From an uncultured archaeon (GTDB taxonomy: Archaea; Asgardarchaeota; Lokiarchaeia; Sigyniarchaeales; SOKP01): a DNA stretch of 22,243 bases. Position numbers and translations under genes: made by a program. Positions 8,942 through 17,306 of this stretch are shown piece by piece. The notes beneath the pieces are model-generated. The model did no database searches, had not been told where the DNA came from, and was given only the letters and a program-made list of their open reading frames with translations. Position 1 is the stretch's first letter; each line of letters opens with the position of its first letter. The DNA lies in contig CAYUTF010000034.1 in NCBI GenBank assembly GCA_964447495.1, positions 1 to 22,243 on the forward strand, given 5' to 3'.

Positions 8942-9967
8942 TTAGAATAATTTTTCAACCAATTCTTTTTTTTCAGTTTCAGAGGATTTATATAAAGCGC
9001 AAATTAACCGTAAGACTTTAGAGCTTTCCTCTATAGTATTTAGATAAGGAATATCGTTTAAAATCCAATCGGCAAAAGCTTCTAAACTCCCAGCAATATA
9101 AGGAGCGTAATTATACATTTTTTTGGGAGAATAATTCTTAACGCCATACCAATTTAAGGAAGATGGAACAGGTCCACTATAAGTTGCACGTCCCTTCTTT
9201 CCGAAAATCAATAATTCTACCATTCCTTTTGTACTTTCAAAAGGAGGTTCGACAATCATAGAACTATTTATTTGAGCGAGAACTCCGTTTTCGAATTCTA
9301 CGATTCCAAATCCCAAATCTTCGGTATCTATATTTTTAAATTTGATAGTTTTTATTTTTCCTATGACCGTTTTTGGTTCTCCTAACGCCCAGATCATAAT
9401 ATCAATTATATGAGATGCTTGAGTGATTAGTGTACCGCCTCCTGCGAACTTTTTAGTAATTCTCCAATCAGCGTCATTAAAGTAAGAAGAATCTCTACTA
9501 AAATAGACATTACAGTTTGCGTAATAAATATCACCCAAGACACCTTCATTTATCCCATTCGACAATTCAAAACACTTCTGATCATATCTATATTGATAAT
9601 TAAATCCCAGTTTAAGATGAGGATATTTTTTATCTAGGTGATAAATTTCCCGAGCATCTTCAACCGAGATACCAGCAGGTTTTTCACAAAACACGTGTTT
9701 ACCATTTTCAAAAGCTAATTTTATATGATCTCTGTGAAGATAATGAGGTGTTGCGATATACAACACATCAAAATCCTCTTTGTCAAACATTTCATTAATA
9801 TCGGTATAAGCACATTCCTTACCAGCTATTCTTTTAGCTCTTTTAAATTCGGTGTCGGCAGCAGCAACAAACTTTGCATTTTTAACGATTTTAAAGAACG
9901 CTTTAAATTCTCTTGCAATTTCACCGCATCCTATAATACCAATTTTAATATGTTCTCTATTTGCCAT
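8942..9967 (-). CDS. Gfo/Idh/MocA family NAD(P)-dependent oxidoreductase
   Basis: GIIGCGEIA Rossmann motif, IATPHYLH, HVFCEKP and GGGTL...SH..D. Confidence 0.93.
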   Translation of the reverse strand: MANREHIKIGIIGCGEIAREFKAFFKIVKNAKFVAAADTEFKRAKRIAGKECAYTDINEMFDKEDFDVLYIATPHYLHRDHIKLAFENGKHVFCEKPAGISVEDAREIYHLDKKYPHLKLGFNYQYRYDQKCFELSNGINEGVLGDIYYANCNVYFSRDSSYFNDADWRITKKFAGGGTLITQASHIIDIMIWALGEPKTVIGKIKTIKFKNIDTEDLGFGIVEFENGVLAQINSSMIVEPPFESTKGMVELLIFGKKGRATYSGPVPSSLNWYGVKNYSPKKMYNYAPYIAGSLEAFADWILNDIPYLNTIEESSKVLRLICALYKSSETEKKELVEKLF

Positions 9968-10111
9968 AATACATCTTATTTATTGAAGCTGTTTTTATGT
10001 GTATAAAACAATGTATTAAAGTTATAATTTGATAAAAATCACAATTTAAATAACCTTATCTTTAATAGTTTTTAATAAATAAAATAGGCAATTAAAAAAT
10101 TAAATTCTAAT

Positions 10112-11473
10112 ATGCCAAAAAGAACGTATCATAGTTTCATATATCAAAATCTTGAAGACCTAAACAAAGAATTAGAAAAATTGGGTATAAAATTACCTTT
10201 AAGTTACAATGTCGATCTCTTAAAAACGCCCAAAGTATCTAGTCATATCTTTATCCCTAATAGAATTTCAATCCAACCTATGGAGGGTTTTGATGCGAAT
10301 TCTGATGGAACCCCTAGTGAATTAACTTTAAAGAGATACATCAAGTATGCTCAAGGTGGGGTAGGCCTGATCTGGTTCGAAGCAACAGCAATTTCTGAAA
10401 GTTGTCGTTCGAATTCTCATCAACTCCATTTAAATGAGAAAAATGCTGATAAGTTCAAAAGGATTATAACAAAAGTACGAGAAGAATGCAATCATACATT
10501 ACATAAACTCGGTTTTAAAGACAAATGTATCCTTATACTCCAATTAAACCATTCAGGGAGATATAGTAAATTAAATAGTGAGCGATTTCCTATTAGAGCT
10601 TATCATAATATGAAATTAGATCGAGCAATTAAGGCATCCAAAGAAAAAGGAGTTGTCATCACCGATAAAGAGCTCAATGAACTCAAAAATATTTGGGTAA
10701 AGAAGGCGTTAATTGCTCAAAAGGTAGGTTTTGACGGAGTTGATATAAAAGCTTGCCATGGATATTTGATTAATGAACTATTATCTTCACGAATAAGAGA
10801 AAATTCTATTTATGGAGGAATGCAATTAGAGCATCGAACCAAATTTCTTTTAGATATAATTAGGATTCTAAAAAATAAAATTTCCTCTGATAATTTTCTG
10901 ATAACGACACGATTAAGTATTTATGATGGGATTGAATATCCTTATGGATTCGGAGTAGGACCTAGAGAAAATAGTGAAGTTTCAATTAATTATGATCTAT
11001 CAGAGCCAATAAAGTTAATTAAAGATTTATATACAGGGGGGGTTAAATTAATCAATTTGACGTGTGGTAATCCTCATTTTCGACCATATATTACTCGTCC
11101 CTTTGATGATCCCGTTAAAGGCGAACCTTTTCCTCCAGAACACCCATTATTAAGTCTCTATAGAATTATGGACTTAACGGGTCAAATTAAAAAAACCATT
11201 CCTAGGAATATGATTGTCATTGGTTCTGGATTCTCTTACTTACGTCACCTTGCTGGATACCTAGCAGCAGGGATGATTGAAAATAATAACACAGACATTT
11301 GTGGATTTGGAAGAATGGCATTTGCTAATCCAAATTTTCCAAAACAAATCTTCAAAAACGGAATTATCGATAAAAAAGAAACATGTATAGCATGTTCAAA
11401 ATGTTCTGAATTGATGAAATTAGATAAACATACGGGATGTGTTATAAGGAATCCAGAATATAAAAATAATTAA
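10112..11473 (+). CDS. NADH:flavin oxidoreductase (Old Yellow Enzyme-like) with a C-terminal Fe-S motif
   Basis: PNRISIQPMEG, GLIWFEA, LQLNHSGR, GFDGVDIKACHGYL, YGG..LEHR and a terminal CIACSKC-x10-C. Confidence 0.92.
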   Translation: MPKRTYHSFIYQNLEDLNKELEKLGIKLPLSYNVDLLKTPKVSSHIFIPNRISIQPMEGFDANSDGTPSELTLKRYIKYAQGGVGLIWFEATAISESCRSNSHQLHLNEKNADKFKRIITKVREECNHTLHKLGFKDKCILILQLNHSGRYSKLNSERFPIRAYHNMKLDRAIKASKEKGVVITDKELNELKNIWVKKALIAQKVGFDGVDIKACHGYLINELLSSRIRENSIYGGMQLEHRTKFLLDIIRILKNKISSDNFLITTRLSIYDGIEYPYGFGVGPRENSEVSINYDLSEPIKLIKDLYTGGVKLINLTCGNPHFRPYITRPFDDPVKGEPFPPEHPLLSLYRIMDLTGQIKKTIPRNMIVIGSGFSYLRHLAGYLAAGMIENNNTDICGFGRMAFANPNFPKQIFKNGIIDKKETCIACSKCSELMKLDKHTGCVIRNPEYKNN

Positions 11474-11480
11474 AGAGCTC

Positions 11481-12278
11481 TTACTTTAATTTATATTCCT
11501 TAGCGGTATTATATAAATAACTAAAGTAATAATTAGCTGCTGGTCCAAACGCAATGTGATCGGTGACCACACCAAAGTAGGACAACTTTTTGAAGAATTT
11601 TTGAGTTAAAATTATGAAGGCATCCTCTCCCTCATCGATAACAGCACAATTTCCAAAAACTTGATCACGTGAGCGTATAACAGATATTTTAGTATATTTT
11701 GACAATAATTCAATAAATTCTTTATCTTTAAAAGCTTCATCTTCAACTAGAATTCGAATATCTGTGACTCCTCTTGCTCGAGCTTTCTTTATATCATCAT
11801 AAAAGATGTCAAGAAATTCAAAATCGGACGCAACCAAATAGAGGGCATTTTTAGCTTGTTCGATTAATGTTAAGCTCTTTGTAATGCATATATTCCTTCC
11901 ACGATGTATATATAATGCAACTTTTATCGGAGTATCATGTGATTGATATATAGGAGTTAGTGTATTTATGATTGTATTGGAATATTTATCAAAATTATCA
12001 TTATATTGTTTCTTGGCTATTATAAGCGCCTCATCCGGGCTTTTCGCAAAATACCTCGAAGGGCGACTCTCTTCCTCCCTAACCAAAAACTTCTTTTCCT
12101 TTTCCAACTGTGTGAGAATATTATATATTCGCGAATAGGGGACTCCTGAAGCCTCGGAGAGTTCTCGAGCATCCATTGGTCCCTTAACGATAAGGGTGAG
12201 ATAAATCGCAATTTCATAATCCGTTAATCCTATGTTTCTTAGAGATTCTTTCACGTTTTCTGGAATTTCTTTTGACAT
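11481..12278 (-). CDS. TrmB family transcriptional regulator
   Basis: N-terminal winged HTH GLTDYE..IY..L...ARELSEASGVPYSRIYNIL..L plus a PLD-like effector domain (ARARGV..IRIL). GGTGG upstream. Confidence 0.92.
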   Translation of the reverse strand: MSKEIPENVKESLRNIGLTDYEIAIYLTLIVKGPMDARELSEASGVPYSRIYNILTQLEKEKKFLVREEESRPSRYFAKSPDEALIIAKKQYNDNFDKYSNTIINTLTPIYQSHDTPIKVALYIHRGRNICITKSLTLIEQAKNALYLVASDFEFLDIFYDDIKKARARGVTDIRILVEDEAFKDKEFIELLSKYTKISVIRSRDQVFGNCAVIDEGEDAFIILTQKFFKKLSYFGVVTDHIAFGPAANYYFSYLYNTAKEYKLK

Positions 12279-12406
12279 TATTGACCACCAAAATTTAAAA
12301 TCGTGTAATTGAAGAGGTTTTAGGCATTTATAAGAATTTTGTTATATAGTTAATATTATCTTCCATCCTATTAATTATTAGTTATCAATACGATATTTCA
12401 CGATAA

Positions 12407-12478
12407 TGACAAAACTCCCATGCATAGGGAGGGTCTTCTTGAGACAATTGTTTTTTCTCAAGCGTCATACATTTGCCA
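12407..12478 (-). promoter_or_regulatory. Putative eukaryote/Lokiarchaeota-type SECIS element
   Basis: Minus strand reads ATGA-CG-CTTGAGA-AAAAACAATTG-TCTCAAG-AA-GA. This gives an AUGA/GA core (12468-12465 with 12435-12434), a perfect 7-bp upper stem and an apical loop opening with an A run. A possible lower helix is TGGCAAA/TTTGTCA. Confidence 0.65.
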
Positions 12479-12671
12479 ACTTTAGAAAATTCCCCGATAA
12501 GTGTACTAAATTTATACATCCTCATCCTCCTCCCCCTGTATTGTTATCTGCGACAGATTGGATTACTATCAATATTATTATAACAGTTACAGCAGAAATT
12601 ATTAATATTACAGCAAATATGGGGAGAAAAATAGATTTATCTCTAGATTTTTCAAGTATTTCATTTGACAT
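12465..12671 (-). CDS. Small single-pass membrane protein, candidate selenoprotein (68 aa with Sec50; 49 aa if TGA is a stop)
   Basis: MSNEILEKSRDKSIFLPIFAVILIISAVTVIIILIVIQSVADNNTGGGG-TGA(12524-12522)-GCINLVHLSGNFLKLANV-TGA. It has a clear ~24-residue hydrophobic helix, a Gly-rich GGUGC motif and a SECIS-like hairpin downstream. Absent from the ORF track. Confidence 0.65.
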
Positions 12672-12736
12672 ATATTGTTAATAAGACCATCGACTATGAA
12701 AAACTTTTCATGTTATATTTAGTACTAATTTATTTG

Positions 12737-14374
12737 TTAGGTTTGGTTTGTTGAAAAGTATTTATTTTTGAATTTTTTTCTCATTGCTTCGGGATTTTCA
12801 CCTTTTTTTAATACAAAATCTTCGTATTTACTGTATAAGCTAAGCATATCACTATATAATTGACAAACTCCGTCTTTAGGGAGGATAGATTTACTAGAAG
12901 GGACAATTTCCCACTTTTTCATAATCTCTGACCATTTAATATTTGTACCAATATTGTCATAATACGATTTCGCACTCCTTAATGTCGCACCCAATGCCGC
13001 AGAATCTGAAATCCTGGATATTATGACCTTAGTATTGAAAATGTCTGCAACAACTTGCAAGATTTCTCGGTTTTCTGAACCTCCACCAGTTGCAATAATT
13101 TCAGTGGGTTTATCTTTTATCCATTGGGAGTGAAGTCGCATCGATAAAAATTGAGCTTCGATTATCCCTCGTACGTTTGCCTCTAGATCATTCTCATCAA
13201 AACCAAAACGATATACATTAGGCTCTAATATTAAAGGTACAATTTCAGGATAAAAGTAGGGAAGCATTATCTTTCCGTTATTTCCAGGAGGGGTAATTTT
13301 TAAAATCTTAGAGAAATCATTCCAATTGAGATGAAAGTGATCTCTAATTGCTTCTCTTGCCAAGGAACCATTCTTGAAACAGATTAAGCCAATATAATCT
13401 CCCGTAGGCGCTCCAAAAACATGGCTTTCACCGCTAAGATCGAATGAGAGACTCTTCATATAACTAAAATAAGTATCGCTTGTACCCAAACTAATTGCTA
13501 CTTTACCTGGATCAATAATTCCTACCCCAATAAGGCTATTTGGGTTGTCTCCTGACCACACAATTATGTTAGTTTCTGGAGAAAACCCATATCGTTCTAC
13601 ATAGTACGATGAAATCTCACCGACAATCTTCGATGATTCTGTTAAAGACGGTAATTTTTGTGTTAAGTTTGGCGCAGTTGCATTAAGCGCTTTATTATCC
13701 CATTTCTTAGTGGTTATATTCATTAAATTCATTCCTGCGCCATCACCGTGATCAATCGGAGAATTTTTTCCCAATAATAAAGACGACATAAAGGAGCTAA
13801 TTAGATGGATTGTAGCCGTAGAATCATACTTTTTGGGATTTTCCTGATAAAATTTCCTAATCTGAGGTCCAGAAAACCGTTCAAAGGTATTTGAACCTGT
13901 AAGTTTAATGGTCGCTTCTAAACCACCTAAACTGTCTCTAATTTCGCTGCATTGTTGAGAAGTACTTGAATCCATCCAAACAGGGCTAATCTCTCTTGAG
14001 AATACCTCTCTTAACTGCTTAGCTAAAGGCATTAGTGGATTAAGTTTTTTTAAAATAGGTTGAAATTTACTATTTAAATATACAGTGCCATGCTGCTGTC
14101 CTGAGCCACTAATTGCCTTGATATTCTTTATTGGAACATTCGATTTTAGGAGCTTTTCAAATAATAAATCTAACGCTTCCACCCACATTAAAGGAGTAGA
14201 GTAAACCACTTTTTCATCCTCAGAGATATGCACCCCATTTTGAGTACGAAAATGTGATAAATCTTTATCATAGTTAATTATTATTTTGGTGATGATCTTT
14301 GTTGAATTACTGTCAATTACTATTCCAGTAAGACTCTGAGTAGAGCAATCTATACCAAGAAATAATTTTGTCAT
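12737..14374 (-). CDS. xylB: Xylulokinase, FGGY family (eukaryotic XYLB/Xks1-like subtype)
   Basis: LFLGIDCSTQS, SGSGQQHGTVY, WMDSST, ERFSGPQIRK, GDNPNSL, SLGTSDT, CFKNGSLARE and ATGGGSEN motifs. Confidence 0.88.
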   Translation of the reverse strand: MTKLFLGIDCSTQSLTGIVIDSNSTKIITKIIINYDKDLSHFRTQNGVHISEDEKVVYSTPLMWVEALDLLFEKLLKSNVPIKNIKAISGSGQQHGTVYLNSKFQPILKKLNPLMPLAKQLREVFSREISPVWMDSSTSQQCSEIRDSLGGLEATIKLTGSNTFERFSGPQIRKFYQENPKKYDSTATIHLISSFMSSLLLGKNSPIDHGDGAGMNLMNITTKKWDNKALNATAPNLTQKLPSLTESSKIVGEISSYYVERYGFSPETNIIVWSGDNPNSLIGVGIIDPGKVAISLGTSDTYFSYMKSLSFDLSGESHVFGAPTGDYIGLICFKNGSLAREAIRDHFHLNWNDFSKILKITPPGNNGKIMLPYFYPEIVPLILEPNVYRFGFDENDLEANVRGIIEAQFLSMRLHSQWIKDKPTEIIATGGGSENREILQVVADIFNTKVIISRISDSAALGATLRSAKSYYDNIGTNIKWSEIMKKWEIVPSSKSILPKDGVCQLYSDMLSLYSKYEDFVLKKGENPEAMRKKFKNKYFSTNQT

Positions 14375-14592
14375 CCAATAATTAGCCTTATTACTCTATA
14401 GTATAATAAAGCTATATGAATTTGATGAAGATTTACTTTATTTTATTTATCTTCTAAATAAAAAGATAGTTGTTTTTGACAAAAGCTTACGATTAAAATT
14501 TTGAAAATATGACATTTGATTTAGTTTTCACGACAAAATCAATATTTTTCGAAAGAAAAAAATAGTTTTTGGTAAGGAAAAGCAATAAATTT

Positions 14593-14618
14593 ATTACGAA
14601 ATATATATAATTTGTAAT
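14593..14618. promoter_or_regulatory. Imperfect palindrome, candidate operator between divergent xylB and the Lrp gene
   Basis: ATTACGAAATATATATAATTTGTAAT is self-complementary at 22 of 26 positions. AT-rich background lowers significance. Confidence 0.35.
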
Positions 14619-14737
14619 TAAGTTTAACAATTTTATAAAATTAAAAATCATAAGATAGTATCTCACTAATATTAAAAATTGATTTTCAAATAAATCATTT
14701 AAAAATATTGGAATGTATCATAAGAGGTTGATAAAAT

Positions 14738-15157
14738 TTGGATCCAATTGATTTAAAAATACTTGAGGAGTTAAAACAGAATGGTAGAGTTTCATTTAGC
14801 GACATTGCTGAGAGAGTTGGAAAGACTGAGGCTACAGTGAGAAGACGCGTAAAAACTTTGGAAAACGAGAACGTAATAAAAAAGTATACTATTGAATATA
14901 ACATTAATTCCAAGCCTAAGACTCGTGCTACAGTCAAAATCGAACCTGATTTCAAGGAAATTAAAGCTATTATGAAAGAATTAATCGAAATTGATGAGAT
15001 TACAGATATTTGGCGTCTAAGTGGAGATTGTGGACTTTTTATCAAAGTAGAAATCCCATCTATTGAGCAGTTTAATCCATTAATTGAAGAAAAGATTTCT
15101 CAAATTAAAGGTGTTAAAATTAGTGAAACCTGTTTTATAACGGATATTATTAAATAA
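14738..15157 (+). CDS. Lrp/AsnC family transcriptional regulator
   Basis: MDPIDLKILEELKQNGRVSFSDIAERVGKTEATVRRRVKTL HTH followed by a RAM domain (LSGDCGL). TTG start with GAGGT upstream. Confidence 0.95.
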   Translation: MDPIDLKILEELKQNGRVSFSDIAERVGKTEATVRRRVKTLENENVIKKYTIEYNINSKPKTRATVKIEPDFKEIKAIMKELIEIDEITDIWRLSGDCGLFIKVEIPSIEQFNPLIEEKISQIKGVKISETCFITDIIK

Positions 15158-15340
15158 TATTATAAATCAATTTTCTTTATCTTTTTACTATTTTCTTATT
15201 TTCTTAAAGGATTTTAAAAAAAAAGTATAGAGAAATATAAGAAGGTACTTAATAACAAATAATTTTTAATTTATAAACAATTTAGTAATAAATCCTCAAC
15301 CAATATCAATATTAAATATTACAATAAAAAAGGATAACTT

Positions 15341-15829
15341 ATGGCAATTAAGAAAGGAGATATTATCAAAGTCGAATATGAAGGACGCTTGGATGACGGC
15401 ACAATCTTCGACAGTACTGAACTAAATGATGGCTTACCATTAAAATTCGAAGTGGGAAAAGGGCAATTAATACGTGGTTTTGATAATGCGGTTATTGGTA
15501 AAGAAACTGGAGAAGAATTCGAAATAAGTCTTGAACCTAATGATGCGTACGGAGATTTTGATCCCACATTAGCACAAACGGTAAGTATAGAACAATTTCC
15601 AGAAGATATAACTCCCGAATCAGGAATGATGCTAAGAATTGATGGCCCAAATAATACTTACTCAATTGCTTGGATCAAGGATGTTGATGAAGAATTCGTG
15701 ACAGTTGATATGAATCATCCATTAGCAGGAAAAATTCTGAACTTTAAAATAAAAATCGTAGAAACAGGATGTGAACCAGATCCACCAGAAATGTGTGGAT
15801 GTGGAGTCGACTGCGGTCATGAGCATTGA
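15341..15829 (+). CDS. slyD: FKBP-type peptidyl-prolyl isomerase, SlyD-like
   Basis: VEYEGRLDDGTIFDST, GQLIRGF, AYG and VDMNHPLAGK.LNF motifs, plus a Cys/His tail. Confidence 0.93.
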   Translation: MAIKKGDIIKVEYEGRLDDGTIFDSTELNDGLPLKFEVGKGQLIRGFDNAVIGKETGEEFEISLEPNDAYGDFDPTLAQTVSIEQFPEDITPESGMMLRIDGPNNTYSIAWIKDVDEEFVTVDMNHPLAGKILNFKIKIVETGCEPDPPEMCGCGVDCGHEH

Positions 15830-15955
15830 ATTAATGTAATAATTAAAAATTTTTTATTTACTATTCACTTTTTTATAAATTTCAAGAAACAATTTAATTT
15901 ATTTATTTTAAACAATTTTGATACTTAGTAAGATTAATCCCTTTATGAGTATAAC

Positions 15956-17275
15956 ATGAGCTATAAATTTACAAAAGAAGAATTAGAAAAGCTTTTAGTG
16001 GATTATAACAAAATTGCTCTCAAAGATCTTGATATCCCAAAAGAAGTGTGTATATGGGATGAAACTTTAAGGGATGGCGAACAAAGTCCAACTGTGTACC
16101 TAACTTTAGATGAAAAGATACATTTAGCAAAAATGATGGATGAGATTGGTGTAAAGATCATTGCTGTTGGATATCCTGCCGTTTCAGAATCTGAAAGAAG
16201 AATTGTGAGAACAATTGTAAACGAAAATTGTAAAAATGCATCAATTGTAGGGATTGCACGTCCAAGAAAAGAAGATATTGATGCATGTATCTATGCTGAT
16301 CTTAAAGAAATCGTAATCTTTATGCCGATTTCGCCAATATTTATGAAGACATTAAAGCTAACAGAGCAAGAAGAATTAGAACAAATCACAAACGCTATTC
16401 ATTATGCTAAAGATAATGGTTTTAAAGTTAATTGGGTCTCTGAAGACGGTACTCGCGCAGAATTTGAACATTTAAAAAATGTTTTCTTAACTTCTATAGA
16501 AGCGGGAGCTGAAAGAATTGTATTAGGAGATACTGTAGGCGTTCTCACACCTCATTCTACATCATATCTCATTAAAAAAATTAAAACAGAAGTAATTCAA
16601 ATTCTAAAAAAACCAATACCAATAGGGATTCATACCCATAATGACTTTGGTTTAGCTGTTGCGAATACAGTGACAGGTGTTTTTGAAGGTTGTAGATATC
16701 CTCATACATGTATAAATGGATATGGAGAGAGAGCAGGGAATGCCGCATTAGAAGAAGTTGCTACAATTCTCGAAAGGACGGGTATTAACACGGGAATAGA
16801 TTTAACAAAATTACCAGAATTGAGTGAAGTATGTGAGAAATATTTCTGTAAGCCTTTATCCCAATATAAACCAATTGTAGGAGAATATGCTTTTTCGCAT
16901 GAAAGTGGTCTTCATATTGCGGGAATTTTGGCACATCCCTTAACTTATGAACCCATTAATCCTCGAATGGTTGGTAGACGCCGTAAATTTTACTTAGGAA
17001 AATTCTCCGGATCGCAATCAATTTTGCATGCATTAAAACAAAAGATCAAGGTTTTAGATTTAGAGATTCCTGATGAGATAATAAAAAAAATAGTACAAGA
17101 AGTTAAAAAAAAACATGAAGAAACTTCAAAAGAAGAATTAAGAAAATCATTTAATATCATTAAAGAGGAGTTAAAGAAAATAACCAAAGGAGTAGGAGAT
17201 AAAGAATTCTTTGAAATTGTAAATAAATATGCTCAACCCTATGTATCTGAAGAATTTAAGCCTAAAAATGAATGA
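15956..17275 (+). CDS. DRE-TIM 2-oxoacid:acetyl-CoA condensing enzyme (homocitrate/isopropylmalate/citramalate synthase family)
   Basis: DETLRDGEQ, HTHNDFGLAVAN, GERAGNAALEE, HESGLH and LGKFSG motifs. No LeuA regulatory domain, so the substrate cannot be assigned. Confidence 0.9.
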   Translation: MSYKFTKEELEKLLVDYNKIALKDLDIPKEVCIWDETLRDGEQSPTVYLTLDEKIHLAKMMDEIGVKIIAVGYPAVSESERRIVRTIVNENCKNASIVGIARPRKEDIDACIYADLKEIVIFMPISPIFMKTLKLTEQEELEQITNAIHYAKDNGFKVNWVSEDGTRAEFEHLKNVFLTSIEAGAERIVLGDTVGVLTPHSTSYLIKKIKTEVIQILKKPIPIGIHTHNDFGLAVANTVTGVFEGCRYPHTCINGYGERAGNAALEEVATILERTGINTGIDLTKLPELSEVCEKYFCKPLSQYKPIVGEYAFSHESGLHIAGILAHPLTYEPINPRMVGRRRKFYLGKFSGSQSILHALKQKIKVLDLEIPDEIIKKIVQEVKKKHEETSKEELRKSFNIIKEELKKITKGVGDKEFFEIVNKYAQPYVSEEFKPKNE

Positions 17276-17306
17276 TTAGAAAGAAATCAGCAAAGTATTT
17301 CAATAT

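Noticed and set aside
12385-12519. Alternative 44-aa minus-strand ORF (MYKFSTLIGE...) with GGAGG upstream
   Set aside because: It would make the TGA at 12522 an ordinary stop, but it has no recognisable features and does not explain the SECIS-like hairpin. Disfavoured, not excluded.
12406-12681. 91-aa plus-strand ORF in the track
   Set aside because: It is the antisense shadow of the minus-strand TM/Gly-rich gene (its HPHPPPP mirrors GGA-GGA-TGA-GGA). No family features.
15827-15829. Sec readthrough at other TGA stops (slyD, 17275, 18788)
   Set aside because: The proteins are complete at the TGA, in-frame stops follow within a few codons, and I saw no SECIS-like hairpin.
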